Below, piece by piece: positions 8,061 to 17,675 of a DNA stretch of 64,000 nt. A program made the translations under genes and the position numbers. Origin of the DNA: a virus (lineage: Duplodnaviria > Caudoviricetes); the IMG/VR virus record IMGVR_UViG_2866513116_000002, positions 1-64,000 of that record, one strand, 5' to 3'. The notes below the pieces were generated by a model. That model made no database searches, had not been told where the DNA came from, and was given only the letters and a program-made list of their open reading frames with translations. The stretch's first letter is position 1. Every line of letters begins with the position of its first letter.

Positions 8061-9038
8061 TTACTCGAACCCTCCCGTGTCCGTGCCATCATTGAAGTCT
8101 TGCGATTCCTCGCCAAGTCCCGCGTCTCGGTCACGGAGCTGCTCACCCCTTGTTCGTCTGGGGCCGCGGCGATTGGCGTACGCGAGTGCTCGTTGCTCGA
8201 TTGGCAGGTTCGCCGCGATGAGATCAAACTGGCCAGTCTCAATCCGTAGAACCAGTTCCCGCAAGTCGGCAATCAGGTCCGCGATGACGCCTTCCGCGCC
8301 AGCTACATCGCGAGTCTCGACAAGCTCAAGGACCGCCGCCCGTTTCGCAACAGCGATGGACGCGGACGCCAATGACTCGTTCCCATCGACGAGCCGACGC
8401 ACGGCGTGGGTGTCAACGGACTGGGTGGAACCGCGAGCGACGATTTCGCCGAGCACGTCGTCCCGAGCGCTAGTTAGCATGCCTACTGCTTGGGCGAGTA
8501 GATTCCGGAAATGCTCTGCATGGAGCCGAGCATCGTCAGCTGCTTTGCCTTCTGGGTCGGTCCCACCATCGCGGCCGGCGAGGTCGTAGTCGTCAGTGTG
8601 TTCACCGTAGCCAGTAGACACACGAGACGCGTTCTTCTGGTCTTCACGCGCTTCGCCCGATGCTCCCGATTTCTGCGTAGCTTCCAGTTCATGGCGATGT
8701 CCTCGCGTCGCGACGATGCTGCGGATCAGCTCGTCTACTGCGCGGCGCTGCCGTTCGTCGAGGAGTGCTGCTTCGTCGGGCGCGACATATGGCCCGAGCG
8801 GGGCGGAGACATCCCATGCGGCCTCTTGTAGCTGCTTTTCGGTGAACGGCACCACCTTCGCGAGCTTGCTGAGCGTCTTCGCGGTCGGTCGCCCGTGACC
8901 ACCTGACCAGTAGGCGGCGATGGTGCCGTACCGGAGGTCCACGCCCGCCTTCTCCGCTTTGTCCGCGGCCTGGCGAGCGGTAACGGACCCGCTGTTCAGG
9001 AGATCGCTCAACTTGCTCACGGTTTCAGACGCTCCCAT
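8061..9038 (-). CDS. Immunity repressor (CI-like)
   Basis: N-terminal HTH-like region, divergent from Cro, RG..LR..D..GEESQD tail typical of actinophage repressors. Confidence 0.7.
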   Translation of the reverse strand: MGASETVSKLSDLLNSGSVTARQAADKAEKAGVDLRYGTIAAYWSGGHGRPTAKTLSKLAKVVPFTEKQLQEAAWDVSAPLGPYVAPDEAALLDERQRRAVDELIRSIVATRGHRHELEATQKSGASGEAREDQKNASRVSTGYGEHTDDYDLAGRDGGTDPEGKAADDARLHAEHFRNLLAQAVGMLTSARDDVLGEIVARGSTQSVDTHAVRRLVDGNESLASASIAVAKRAAVLELVETRDVAGAEGVIADLIADLRELVLRIETGQFDLIAANLPIEQRALAYANRRGPRRTRGEQLRDRDAGLGEESQDFNDGTDTGGFE

Positions 9039-9065
9039 GCTTGCCGCTTGTTCGAATAGCCGGAG

Positions 9066-9204
9066 TGTAACTCCAAAAGTTACAAATCACTCGGATGTGA
9101 TTTCTTAACCTGCATGTCAGGTGCAGTTACAGGGGTTGCGCAATGTAACTAGAAGCAGTTACATTGGTCTTGGTGCTTGACCAAGCAACAAGAAGGGAGT
9201 TACA
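9066..9204. promoter_or_regulatory. Genetic-switch operators and cro promoter
   Basis: TGTAACT-N5-AGTTACA (9066-9084), AATGTAACT-N6-AGTTACATT (9142-9165), half-sites at 9125 and 9198; TTGCGC-18-TACATT promoter overlaps the second palindrome. Confidence 0.75.
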
Positions 9205-9501
9205 GTGATCGCACACCGCAGACCAGTCGACACAGGGAGGCTCTGGGTGCGACTTATCAGCAAGCAAGCGTTCCGGGACTACATGAAGCACCGCGGCATG
9301 ACCAATGAAGAACTGGCCCGGGAGGCGAAGTGTTCGCCGTCGTCGATTGCCTTTCTTCGTTCGCGCGGCAAGAGTGCTAGGAACACTGTTGGTCCCGACA
9401 CGGCCCGCCGCATAGAGGAGGCTCTCAACGCCCCTCCTGGATCGCTCTTTTCGGCGCAAGTGCTTGTCGCTTCGCCCAGCGTCAACCGTGGAGCTGCGTG
9501 A
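9205..9501 (+). CDS. Cro-like HTH protein
   Basis: MTNEELAREAKCSPSSIAFLRS HTH; ARRIEEALNAPPGSLF. Confidence 0.85.
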   Translation: MIAHRRPVDTGRLWVRLISKQAFRDYMKHRGMTNEELAREAKCSPSSIAFLRSRGKSARNTVGPDTARRIEEALNAPPGSLFSAQVLVASPSVNRGAA

Positions 9502-9935
9502 TGGCGGACAAGAGTGACGGCGTTCGAAACCACTTCGTCTACCGCTATTTCGATGCAGCCGGCGACCTGTTGTACGTCGGTTGCAGCCATCGCCCCGCAA
9601 TTCGGTGGGCAGAACACAAGACCACGCGTCCGGGCGTGTGTGCCGCCGTGACCAAGGTGAAGATCTCCGGTCCGTACTGCTACACGAAGGCTCGGGAGAT
9701 CGAGCGCGCGGCGATCCGTACGGAGCATCCTCTGTGCGGATGGACCCCCGACAAGCAGCGCGAAAAGGTACTGCGCAGCAAGTGGATTGACGAGCGAATC
9801 TCAACACTCCGTGCTGACGGCGTGCCGTATTTCTACGCAGTCAAGGTCGCGGTCGCCGAGGCCGAGGATGTCTGGCCTGACCCGATGCGCAGTCCGTACG
9901 ACCCGCCGACTGCCCTATCTCAAATCCCAGCCTGA
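9498..9935 (+). CDS. GIY-YIG nuclease domain protein
   Basis: FVYRYFD..LLYVG, R..EH, E..AI..EHP. Confidence 0.8.
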   Translation: MMADKSDGVRNHFVYRYFDAAGDLLYVGCSHRPAIRWAEHKTTRPGVCAAVTKVKISGPYCYTKAREIERAAIRTEHPLCGWTPDKQREKVLRSKWIDERISTLRADGVPYFYAVKVAVAEAEDVWPDPMRSPYDPPTALSQIPA

Positions 9936-9999
9936 AACGGAAACGGCCACCTCGGCGCGCGAACGCCGGGTGGCCCTGAACGAGAAGGAGAAGTTCTCG

Positions 10000-10872
10000 A
10001 TGGACCTCACACTACCCAACGCGAGAGAAGAGCGCGATCAGCTCTCTGCTCGCACCGACGTCCTCGACAAGGTGGGCGTGCTCTCGACCCTGCCGGACGA
10101 TATGCACGCCAACGCCGATCAGGTAGCTACGTTCTACGGAACCACCCGCGAAGTAGTCCGCCAGGTCGTTCTCCGCAACAAGGACGAGTTCGATGCTGAC
10201 GGGTATCGGGTACTCACTCGTGCAGAAGTCAGTGACGAGTTGTCACTGACTCCCGACGAGCTGGGAATGCCTCGGACCGCGCCGTCGATGTCACTCTTCC
10301 CTCGCCGTGCAGTCCTTCGTGTCGGGATGCTGCTCCGCGATTCGCGGGTTGCTCGCCAGGTCCGCGACTACCTGCTCACCGTCGAGGAGGTCGCCCGCGA
10401 GTCTGAAGACCAGATCATCGAGCAAGCTCTGTTCATCCTCCGCGATCGCAATGAGGCTCTCGTGGCTGAGGTTCGGGAGCTGAAGGAGGAGCGCGAGCGC
10501 GATCGGCCAGCGATCGACTACGTCAACACTCACGTCGTCGTCGATGACGACGTGATGCTGATCGAGGACTGGGGCCGCGCGTACGGGCTGACGAAGCCGC
10601 AGGCGTTCGCGCTCCTGCGGGACGAGAAGGCCTTGATCTACCCGAAGACGTTCGAGCGATGGTCTCGGACGAAGCAGCGCAAGGTTACTGAGACCGAGTA
10701 TCGCCCCCGGGCGGGCAAGCCGTCTTTCACATGGTTCGACGTGAAGGAACAACGCGATGCGCCGCGGCGCAACAACGGTCAAGCGCGAAAGACATGCTAC
10801 GTCAGGGCAGTTCACGCAGTCGACCTGGCTCGACTGGTCGGACTCCTGCCGAACATCGAGGTCGCATCGTGA
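10000..10872 (+). CDS. Antirepressor-like protein
   Basis: AAGGAG RBS; LFPRRAVLRVGMLLRDSRVARQVRDYLL domain plus KilAC-like C-terminus. Confidence 0.75.
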   Translation: MDLTLPNAREERDQLSARTDVLDKVGVLSTLPDDMHANADQVATFYGTTREVVRQVVLRNKDEFDADGYRVLTRAEVSDELSLTPDELGMPRTAPSMSLFPRRAVLRVGMLLRDSRVARQVRDYLLTVEEVARESEDQIIEQALFILRDRNEALVAEVRELKEERERDRPAIDYVNTHVVVDDDVMLIEDWGRAYGLTKPQAFALLRDEKALIYPKTFERWSRTKQRKVTETEYRPRAGKPSFTWFDVKEQRDAPRRNNGQARKTCYVRAVHAVDLARLVGLLPNIEVAS

Positions 10873-11138
10873 GCGCCCCCATCTTCGACGGCCACCGGTC
10901 CGACCCTCATGATCAGCGACACGTCCAGCACGAGACCGCAGTGACGATGCGAGTTGATGAGAGCGACGAGTGGATCGTGGTCCCGATTCGCGCGGTGTTT
11001 ACCGATGATGGACTGTCTGGCTGGTCATTTGAGATCGGTCCCTACTCCATCGGCGGTTCAGATGCCACCGAACTCGCCAATGCCCTGGCGCACTATGGGC
11101 GACTGTCTCATGACTTCCGTCCCATCGGCGGTGCGTGA
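10869..11138 (+). CDS. Hypothetical phage protein
   Basis: GTGA-coupled ORF. Confidence 0.6.
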   Translation: MSAPIFDGHRSDPHDQRHVQHETAVTMRVDESDEWIVVPIRAVFTDDGLSGWSFEIGPYSIGGSDATELANALAHYGRLSHDFRPIGGA

Positions 11139-11274
11139 TGACCATCGAAGACTTCACTGATCACGGCGCCGGTGCGGGCTGCACCTGCGTCGAGCGCGGA
11201 CCAGCCGCCACTGGTGATCGCGCGGCCCTCGACGCCGGTGATGGCGTCGAGGGCACCAAACCTCCGGAGGGGCA

Positions 11275-11574
11275 ATGCTGACCCGGGCCGATCTCGACGC
11301 CCTCGGGGTCACCACCGACGTGGCTACGGCCGCAAAGGCTTTGGGCATCTCAGCCAGTGCCGCGTACAAGGCCATCAACGACGGACACTTCCCCGTCCGG
11401 GTCATCCCTATCGGGGGCCGATACACCATTCCCACCGCCGACCTTCGCCGCGAGGTCCTGGGGGAGATCACGCCGCCGGCTGATGTCACAGACCGCCTCG
11501 ACCGCATCCTGTCCACCCTCGACGCCATCGTGCAGATCCTCAAAGTCCAGTCCATCAACAGCATTGCCGCATAG
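11275..11574 (+). CDS. Excisionase-like HTH protein
   Basis: TDVATAAKALGISASAAYKAI..FPVRVIPIGGRYTIPT (HTH_17-like). Confidence 0.8.
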   Translation: MLTRADLDALGVTTDVATAAKALGISASAAYKAINDGHFPVRVIPIGGRYTIPTADLRREVLGEITPPADVTDRLDRILSTLDAIVQILKVQSINSIAA

Positions 11575-11582
11575 GAGATTCC

Positions 11583-11765
11583 ATGTTCACCACGTTCGAA
11601 CTGTCCCTCATCGTGATCGGCGGGATCGGCTGCACCGTCGCCATTCTCGCGGATGAAATGCGGGCTCTGGTTGCCAGACGCAGCGTTCCGTACCTCACCG
11701 TCCACAAGGGCGACATCATCGACTCCACCCCGGTGGGTGTTCTCGGACGTCGGGGGGAGCGGTGA
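11583..11765 (+). CDS. Small membrane protein
   Basis: AGGAG RBS, one TM. Confidence 0.55.
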   Translation: MFTTFELSLIVIGGIGCTVAILADEMRALVARRSVPYLTVHKGDIIDSTPVGVLGRRGER

Positions 11766-11995
11766 CCCGCCACGGATTACGCCTCGGGGCAACACTCACC
11801 GACGACGACGTCCGCGACGCAGCATCCGAGCGGGCCGATCGCTGCTGGGATCTGATGGCCGGCGCCACAACGGTCTTCGTTGACGGCCTCCACATGTACG
11901 GCGCTAACGCTGTAGGGCTACTGGAACGGGCCGCTGCTGATCATCGCGAGGCCGTCATGGCGCGTGGGGAGCTCATCGCGGAGGTGGCCCAATGA
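11762..11995 (+). CDS. Hypothetical phage protein
   Basis: Coupled ORF. Confidence 0.55.
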   Translation: MTRHGLRLGATLTDDDVRDAASERADRCWDLMAGATTVFVDGLHMYGANAVGLLERAAADHREAVMARGELIAEVAQ

Positions 11996-12297
11996 CCGAC
12001 ATCCTTCACGCAGTGCCAGACCTCGCCGAGCCGACCAATCTCACCGAGCAGCGCAACGCCGACGAGGCGCGAGGTAGGGCGCTGCGGAATCTCGAAGATG
12101 CCTGCGACAAGGCCGGTCTCGACTTCACTGTGAGTCGATTCGCCAGCACCTTCTCTTACGAGACCCGCGAGCCGTTCTGGGTGATCGTGAAGAAGTGGAT
12201 GAAGACGGAGCCGATGATCACCGTCCACGAGTCCACCCTCGTTGAGGCCCTGGACCTCGCTCGCGATCGCCTGAACCGCGAGGAGTGGGACCAGTGA
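11992..12297 (+). CDS. Hypothetical phage protein
   Basis: GGAGG RBS, ATGA overlap. Confidence 0.65.
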   Translation: MTDILHAVPDLAEPTNLTEQRNADEARGRALRNLEDACDKAGLDFTVSRFASTFSYETREPFWVIVKKWMKTEPMITVHESTLVEALDLARDRLNREEWDQ

Positions 12298-12599
12298 GCG
12301 ACAGAACCATGCGGAGCCTGCTCGAGGTTCACCGCGAAGAGATCGGCTTGCGCGATCGCGACATCGAAACCCTAGAGAGGGTGAAGGAGTCCTTCGAGCA
12401 GAGTCTCGCGGTGTCGAAGAAAGAATGCGCCGAAGTGCGTAGGCAACTCGTTCAGGCCAATCAGCGCGCGGACGAGCGGCGGGACAAGATCGCCAAGCTC
12501 GAAGGCGTCGTCGAGTCGCTCAAGATCGAGTTGCAGAACGAGCGCGCCGCCCATACATCCACGAAGAAGCGGACCGCACGAAAGGTGGCTTCGTCATGA
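12294..12599 (+). CDS. Coiled-coil hypothetical protein
   Basis: GTGA overlap, heptad-like charged sequence. Confidence 0.6.
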   Translation: MSDRTMRSLLEVHREEIGLRDRDIETLERVKESFEQSLAVSKKECAEVRRQLVQANQRADERRDKIAKLEGVVESLKIELQNERAAHTSTKKRTARKVASS

Positions 12600-13033
12600 G
12601 CATCGACCTCGCACAGATCCCCGACGAGTCGGTCCGCCACGAGTGGGCACACTTCCGCGGATTTGGTTGGGACGACGAGAGAATCGCCACTCGTCTCGGG
12701 TACTCCGAGGACACCCCGAAGCAGTGGGCGCTCCGGGCGCCGAAGGTGACCCGAGGGACGCGGCAGCATCGCGAGGCGCGCAGAGGCGAGATCCGGAGAC
12801 TCACTTCCGAGGGGTGGACGGCAGCCGAGATCGCCTCAGCCCTGGGGTGCTCCATCGACACCGTGCACAAGGACCGTCGGCGCATGGGTCTGCTGCTCAT
12901 CGGTGACCAGTCCGCCGAGTGTCCTGTGTGCCTCCAAAAGGTCCAGTCCACAGCGGTATACGCCCACCACCGCGATGTCACTGGCCACGACTGCCCGATG
13001 TCGGGGCAGGCATTGGAGCAGGTCGCCTCATGA
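12596..13033 (+). CDS. HTH DNA-binding protein with Zn ribbon
   Basis: GWTAAEIASALGCSIDTVHKD; CPVC..H..C. Confidence 0.7.
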   Translation: MSIDLAQIPDESVRHEWAHFRGFGWDDERIATRLGYSEDTPKQWALRAPKVTRGTRQHREARRGEIRRLTSEGWTAAEIASALGCSIDTVHKDRRRMGLLLIGDQSAECPVCLQKVQSTAVYAHHRDVTGHDCPMSGQALEQVAS

Positions 13034-13164
13034 CCGAACTCGACGGCCTCGAGTGCGTCGACTGCGGTCGCCAGATGTCCGGTCTACCGATCCGGATCGC
13101 AGACGGTCTGTGCCGAGACTGTCGCAAACACAACGACTCCGATACGGACGTCGAGAAGGAGTAG
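13030..13164 (+). CDS. Small Zn-finger protein
   Basis: CVDC..CRDC, ATGA overlap. Confidence 0.55.
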   Translation: MTELDGLECVDCGRQMSGLPIRIADGLCRDCRKHNDSDTDVEKE

Positions 13165-13166
13165 AA

Positions 13167-13514
13167 GTGCAGGACCCGAAAGACGAAGCCGAACAGGACT
13201 TCGCCGCCGTGCTGATGCAGCACTCCGGAGGCAGAGCCCACACCGAGGTGTCGAAGAAGCTCGCCGAACTGATCGCCGCGGTCCGCGAGACGGGCAAGAA
13301 GGGATCGGTTTCGGTGACGCTCACCGTCTCCCGCGACAAGGAGATGAGCCGCGTGGTCAAGATCGACGACTCGATCAAGGCCAACATCCCGAAGGAAACC
13401 CGACGCTCGCTGTGGTTCCCGGACGACAACAACCGACTGCACCGCAACGATCCCACCCAAGATTCCCTCTTCGACGAGCCCGCGAAGAAAGTCCAAACCC
13501 CCGAAGGGAACTGA
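13167..13514 (+). CDS. YfdP-like partner of DUF2303
   Basis: LIAAVRETGKKGSVSVTL..F.DDNNRLHRNDP.Q motif. Confidence 0.7.
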   Translation: MQDPKDEAEQDFAAVLMQHSGGRAHTEVSKKLAELIAAVRETGKKGSVSVTLTVSRDKEMSRVVKIDDSIKANIPKETRRSLWFPDDNNRLHRNDPTQDSLFDEPAKKVQTPEGN

Positions 13515-13520
13515 CAACTG

Positions 13521-14396
13521 ATGAGCGAACTCAAGATGTCCCCGTCTCTGATCGCATCGAATGACGGCGACATAGACGGTGCGCAGAAGCTCGGAATCAT
13601 CGCGACCGACGACATTCCAGGCATCGACCCCGGAGTGTTCGTGCTCGCCGCAACCACTCGCGAGCATGGCCTCCAGGTGGAGACCGTCGACCTCAGGGAG
13701 TTCATCCCCGGCGTCACCGCGTCGGCAGATTCGGGCACTCGCCTGGTGGCCGACGTCCCGTCGTTCCTCGCCGAGCTGGATCGTAATCCACTCTCCGCGA
13801 CTGGCAACGTGGGTTCCGGATCGTTGTGGGGCGACGAGACCAAGGGCCGCGTCGAGGCCATCTACAACGACCACGTCGAGGACGAGGCAGGGCTCCGCGA
13901 CAGCCGACTCCGCCTCGAGCTCCGCCCGGATGAGGACTGGGTGGCGTGGCATCGGCTGTCCGGAAAGTACATGCCGCAGGAGGAATTCGGCGACACGGTC
14001 GAGGAGCTGCTGCACACGGTCACCGACCCAGCTCAGGCTGAGCTACTGGAGGTCATCGACTCCATCCGCGCAAGTACGAAGGGGTCGTTCGAATCCAGCA
14101 TCTCCCGCGCCGACGGCGGCCAGTCCGTCGCGTTCAAGGAGGACGTCACCACCACCGCCGGCCGATCTGGTCGGCTTGAGGTGCCGCAGATCGTCACGCT
14201 GGCATTGCGCCCGTGGGAGGGGCTCGACCGCTACGAGGTGAAGGCGTGGTTCCGTCTGCGTGTGCAGAACGGACAGCTACTCCTGGCGATCAAGCTCAAG
14301 CCGACCCGCAACGTCCTGCGCGGCGCGTGGTCCGATGTCGTGTCGCAGATCGAGAGCCACCTCGATGGCAAACCCGTTCTCGCAACGCGCTTCTGA
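13521..14396 (+). CDS. DUF2303 (YfdQ) family protein
   Basis: QEEFG..VEE and LEVP..TLALRPWEG..Y.V.A.FR.R motifs. Confidence 0.8.
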   Translation: MSELKMSPSLIASNDGDIDGAQKLGIIATDDIPGIDPGVFVLAATTREHGLQVETVDLREFIPGVTASADSGTRLVADVPSFLAELDRNPLSATGNVGSGSLWGDETKGRVEAIYNDHVEDEAGLRDSRLRLELRPDEDWVAWHRLSGKYMPQEEFGDTVEELLHTVTDPAQAELLEVIDSIRASTKGSFESSISRADGGQSVAFKEDVTTTAGRSGRLEVPQIVTLALRPWEGLDRYEVKAWFRLRVQNGQLLLAIKLKPTRNVLRGAWSDVVSQIESHLDGKPVLATRF

Positions 14397-14519
14397 GGCG
14401 CACGCCCATCGAGCCTATGAGGAAGGGCTCGATGGGCGTCTTCCCCGCGTTGAGTACACCGACGACGACATCCTCGACTGGATCGCCGGTGACCACGATC
14501 GGTACACACGCGACCGCGA

Positions 14520-14759
14520 ATGAGCTACGCGCAACGCGCCCGCGGTGGCATGTCCGAGCAAGACCAGTGGGATGCCGACGGCATCCCGCAGTGCGACTAC
14601 TGCGGCGAGTACGGCCACCCCAACCACAGATGCCCTCACTACAGCTACGCGGATCAACTCGACTACGAGCTCCGCAAACTACAACACAGGAGATCCGTTG
14701 AGCACGAAAGACCTTGCCTTCCTGGCACTGCGAAGAAGAGCACTGATCGACGCCGCTGA
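14520..14759 (+). CDS. Small Cys/His hypothetical protein
   Basis: CDYC..H..C; boundaries uncertain. Confidence 0.4.
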   Translation: MSYAQRARGGMSEQDQWDADGIPQCDYCGEYGHPNHRCPHYSYADQLDYELRKLQHRRSVEHERPCLPGTAKKSTDRRR

Positions 14760-15192
14760 CACCGTGGTCAAGGAGGACCGCAAGGCCCTCGCCGAAGCCA
14801 TCGCCGTCGGGGAGCGCATCGGCGACCCCGAAGTGGGATACGCCTCCATGACCAACCCTGCCGACGTCGTGGTCGTGGTGGACCAGGAAGAGCTCGACCA
14901 CTTCCTCACCCTCGAAGGCAAGGCTGTTACCCACACCCGTGTCACCAATGAGGCTGAGGCGATCAAGGTGTTGCGAGAGCACGCGCCACACCTGCTGGCC
15001 GACGACACCGGCATTCCCGAGTATGAGCACACCGCAGCGAAGGGGAGAGCGAAGTCCGGCGAGAACATTCCCGGTATCGCAGTGCGGAAGGGCAACTCGT
15101 CTCTGCGGCTCACGCCATCCAAGGCGGTCAAGGAGTGGGCGCAGAACGTCGTCACCAACGGTCTCGCAGGGGAGTTGGGGGCTGGAGAATGA
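14698..15192 (+). CDS. Hypothetical phage protein
   Basis: AGGAG RBS before TTG; GENIPGI motif seen in recombination-module proteins. Confidence 0.6.
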   Translation: MSTKDLAFLALRRRALIDAADTVVKEDRKALAEAIAVGERIGDPEVGYASMTNPADVVVVVDQEELDHFLTLEGKAVTHTRVTNEAEAIKVLREHAPHLLADDTGIPEYEHTAAKGRAKSGENIPGIAVRKGNSSLRLTPSKAVKEWAQNVVTNGLAGELGAGE

Positions 15193-15731
15193 CCAAGTTC
15201 AGCCTCGATATAGAGACCGCGATGGCGGCTCTCCATGGTGATCCGACGCGCATCGACATGGACCTCGACCCCATAGCCGAACGCATCTCCGGAGTCGCGG
15301 CCCACGGCAATACGCCATTCGACATGCCCTACATCTCAGAGATCGTCCCCGGGCTGTGGCAGGGAGGGTGCCGAAACGGAATGCGGCTGCCCTCCGACAT
15401 CAAGCATTTGGTGTCGCTGTATCCGTGGGAGCGGTACACCCATGAACACGACCTGGACAGTGCGATCGCGGTTCGCATGTACGACAGCACCTCTCAAGCA
15501 TTCGATCAGGTGGACGTGTTGGCTGCCTGGGTGAACGTGTGCCGTGCCTCGGCGCCCACGCTCGTGCATTGCCAGGCGGGGCTCAACCGATCATCCCTCG
15601 TTGTGGCCCGCGCTCTCATGCTCGACGGGATGGGCGCATCGGACGCGATTCACCTGATCCGTGAGAAGCGTTCTCCCGCATGCCTGTGCAATGAGTCCTT
15701 TGAGGCGTGGCTGACGGGGATCGAGGCGTGA
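15189..15731 (+). CDS. Dual-specificity/tyrosine phosphatase family protein
   Basis: VHCQAGLNRS (HCx5R) P-loop; SEIVPGLWQG; IREKRS. Confidence 0.9.
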   Translation: MTKFSLDIETAMAALHGDPTRIDMDLDPIAERISGVAAHGNTPFDMPYISEIVPGLWQGGCRNGMRLPSDIKHLVSLYPWERYTHEHDLDSAIAVRMYDSTSQAFDQVDVLAAWVNVCRASAPTLVHCQAGLNRSSLVVARALMLDGMGASDAIHLIREKRSPACLCNESFEAWLTGIEA

Positions 15732-15922
15732 ACCCCGGGGACCGCGTCCGCGGAAAGGATGGGCGCACCTACGTGATCCTCAAGGTCACCGAGATGCATT
15801 ACGGCCTGGTCGATCCCACCCGCCCTCCGATGATCGACGCGAAGAACGGCCAACAGGTCGCCCACATCGCAGTGCGCCACGAAGAGGTCGAGCCGTTGCC
15901 AGTGCAGGGAGTGGCGCAATGA
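15728..15922 (+). CDS. Hypothetical phage protein
   Basis: GTGA-coupled. Confidence 0.55.
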   Translation: MNPGDRVRGKDGRTYVILKVTEMHYGLVDPTRPPMIDAKNGQQVAHIAVRHEEVEPLPVQGVAQ

Positions 15923-16104
15923 TCCACTCACTCACCCTCTGGGTACTGCTGTCGATCGTGCTGCCACTGGCGTCGCTGTCGTTCCTCGTTGCAGCGACCA
16001 ATGCTCCTCAGCGCGCTGGTGGACGCATCACGGTGTTCTCGCTCGTAGCCCTGGTGTGTGCCGTCGGGACCTGCGTCGCAATCGGTATGGCGGTGGCGTC
16101 ATGA
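15919..16104 (+). CDS. Small two-TM protein
   Basis: Two hydrophobic segments. Confidence 0.55.
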   Translation: MIHSLTLWVLLSIVLPLASLSFLVAATNAPQRAGGRITVFSLVALVCAVGTCVAIGMAVAS

Positions 16105-17105
16105 CAGCCCTCAAGACCAGACCGCCGACCGGCGCTGTGCCGTGGCCACTCATCCTCGTTGAAGGCCCAGAGAAATCGGGCAAAAGTTGGTGCGCCGCAG
16201 AGCTATCCGCATCCGACAAGGTCGGCCGCACCCTGTGGATCGACGTCGCCGAAGGCGCGGCGGATGAGTACGGAGCGATCCCAGGAGCCCGGTATGAGGT
16301 TATCGACCACGACGGGACGTGGCTCGACATCCTCGGCCAGGTGAAAGCGGCACGAGACGAGGCCAAGAGGGCACTGGACGCCGGCGAGAAGCCAGTAGTT
16401 CTGGTCATCGACTCCATGACCGCCGAGTGGGACATGCTCAAAGAGTGGGTGGACGGGAAAGCCCGAAACCGGAAGTCCAACCGCGCCAAGCTGGAACGCG
16501 ACCCCGAGGCAGAGATCGTAATCGGCCCCGACCTGTGGAACCTCGCCACCGCTCGACACCGAGACCTGATGCGAATCCTGATGAGATTCCCGGGCATCGT
16601 CGTGATGACCGCCCGTGGTGCCGAACAGGTCGCGATGGAGAACGGCCAGCCGACGAAGGATCGGACATGGAAGGTCGACGGCCAGAAGACTCTCGCGTTC
16701 GACGCCTCCGCATGGGTGCGCCTCCAGCGAGGGTCTCAGCCGCAGGTGATCGGAGCGAGATCGGTGCACGCCGGAATCCGTCCAGGGGAGGACAAGGCGC
16801 GCACCATCCCTGGGTTGACGTTGGAGCGCTTGGTGTTCGACATCCTCAAGTGCGATCCGAAGACGGCTAAGGTCCGTGATTTCGCGTCGGTCCAGGACCG
16901 AGTCGCCGACATCCTCGAGGCCATCGCCCAAGCCGAGAACCGGGATGAGCTGACCGCGTTGTGGCGGGAGGCGAAAGACGCCGACGTGCTGGGACTGGGT
17001 ATGGAGGGCGGTCCCACCATTGACGAGGCTCTGATGTCGCGAGCGTCTGCCATCGAAGCTGCCGCGACGCAGTCCGACTCCGAGGCGGTGCCGAACCATG
17101 GCTGA
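16101..17105 (+). CDS. AAA/RecA-like ATPase (Sak4-like recombinase)
   Basis: Walker A GPEKSGKS, Walker B VLVIDS. Confidence 0.8.
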   Translation: MTALKTRPPTGAVPWPLILVEGPEKSGKSWCAAELSASDKVGRTLWIDVAEGAADEYGAIPGARYEVIDHDGTWLDILGQVKAARDEAKRALDAGEKPVVLVIDSMTAEWDMLKEWVDGKARNRKSNRAKLERDPEAEIVIGPDLWNLATARHRDLMRILMRFPGIVVMTARGAEQVAMENGQPTKDRTWKVDGQKTLAFDASAWVRLQRGSQPQVIGARSVHAGIRPGEDKARTIPGLTLERLVFDILKCDPKTAKVRDFASVQDRVADILEAIAQAENRDELTALWREAKDADVLGLGMEGGPTIDEALMSRASAIEAAATQSDSEAVPNHG

Positions 17106-17460
17106 TGCCGAGCCCTACACCCCCGTCTCGATCGAGGCCGCGATCAATCACTGCGCCAACAGGATCGCCAACAGTGTCTCGGTGGTCAACGATCGTTACA
17201 AGGCGTTCCTCACCGCGGACCGGGACTTCGACCACGCGTTCTCGCAGGCGTTCCTCGATCACGACGGCCCCCAGACCGAGAAGAAGCACGCAGCGGTCGT
17301 CGCCACGATCAGCCTGCGTGAGGCCCGCGACGTCGCGGATGCCGCGTACCGCTACGCCGACCGGAAGGCCAAGGCTCTCGAGGATGAGCTGCGTGCACTG
17401 CAGTCGGTGAACAAGTCGATGCGATCGGCGTACTCGGCGGCGGGGGTGGGGGAGCGATGA
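17098..17460 (+). CDS. Helical hypothetical protein
   Basis: Coupled ORF downstream of the ATPase. Confidence 0.65.
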   Translation: MADAEPYTPVSIEAAINHCANRIANSVSVVNDRYKAFLTADRDFDHAFSQAFLDHDGPQTEKKHAAVVATISLREARDVADAAYRYADRKAKALEDELRALQSVNKSMRSAYSAAGVGER

Positions 17461-17675
17461 GCTGGCGCGACCACGCGGAGTGCCGGGGAGCCGACAGGGA
17501 ACTCTTCTACCCCAACCCTGGGGAGAAGGGCAAAGCCGATCAGGCGCGGGCGATCTGCCGATCCTGCAAGGTCCGACAGGAGTGCCTGGAGTGGGCGTAC
17601 TCGGTCAATGACCAGTACGGGATCCTCGGTGGTTTCACGGCCGGCCAGCGCAACCACCTGAGGCAGGCGTCATGA
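17457..17675 (+). CDS. whiB: WhiB family transcription factor
   Basis: W..AEC..D.ELF..C..C.VR.EC..GILGG. Confidence 0.95.
   Translation: MSWRDHAECRGADRELFYPNPGEKGKADQARAICRSCKVRQECLEWAYSVNDQYGILGGFTAGQRNHLRQAS

Noticed and set aside
9040-9060. LexA SOS box upstream of the repressor
   Set aside because: Only one TCGAAC half-site; the partner half is missing
9205-13033. C-terminal AA/VAS endings as ClpXP degrons
   Set aside because: Largely explained by overlapping RBS/start sequences of the next gene; cannot be separated from sequence alone
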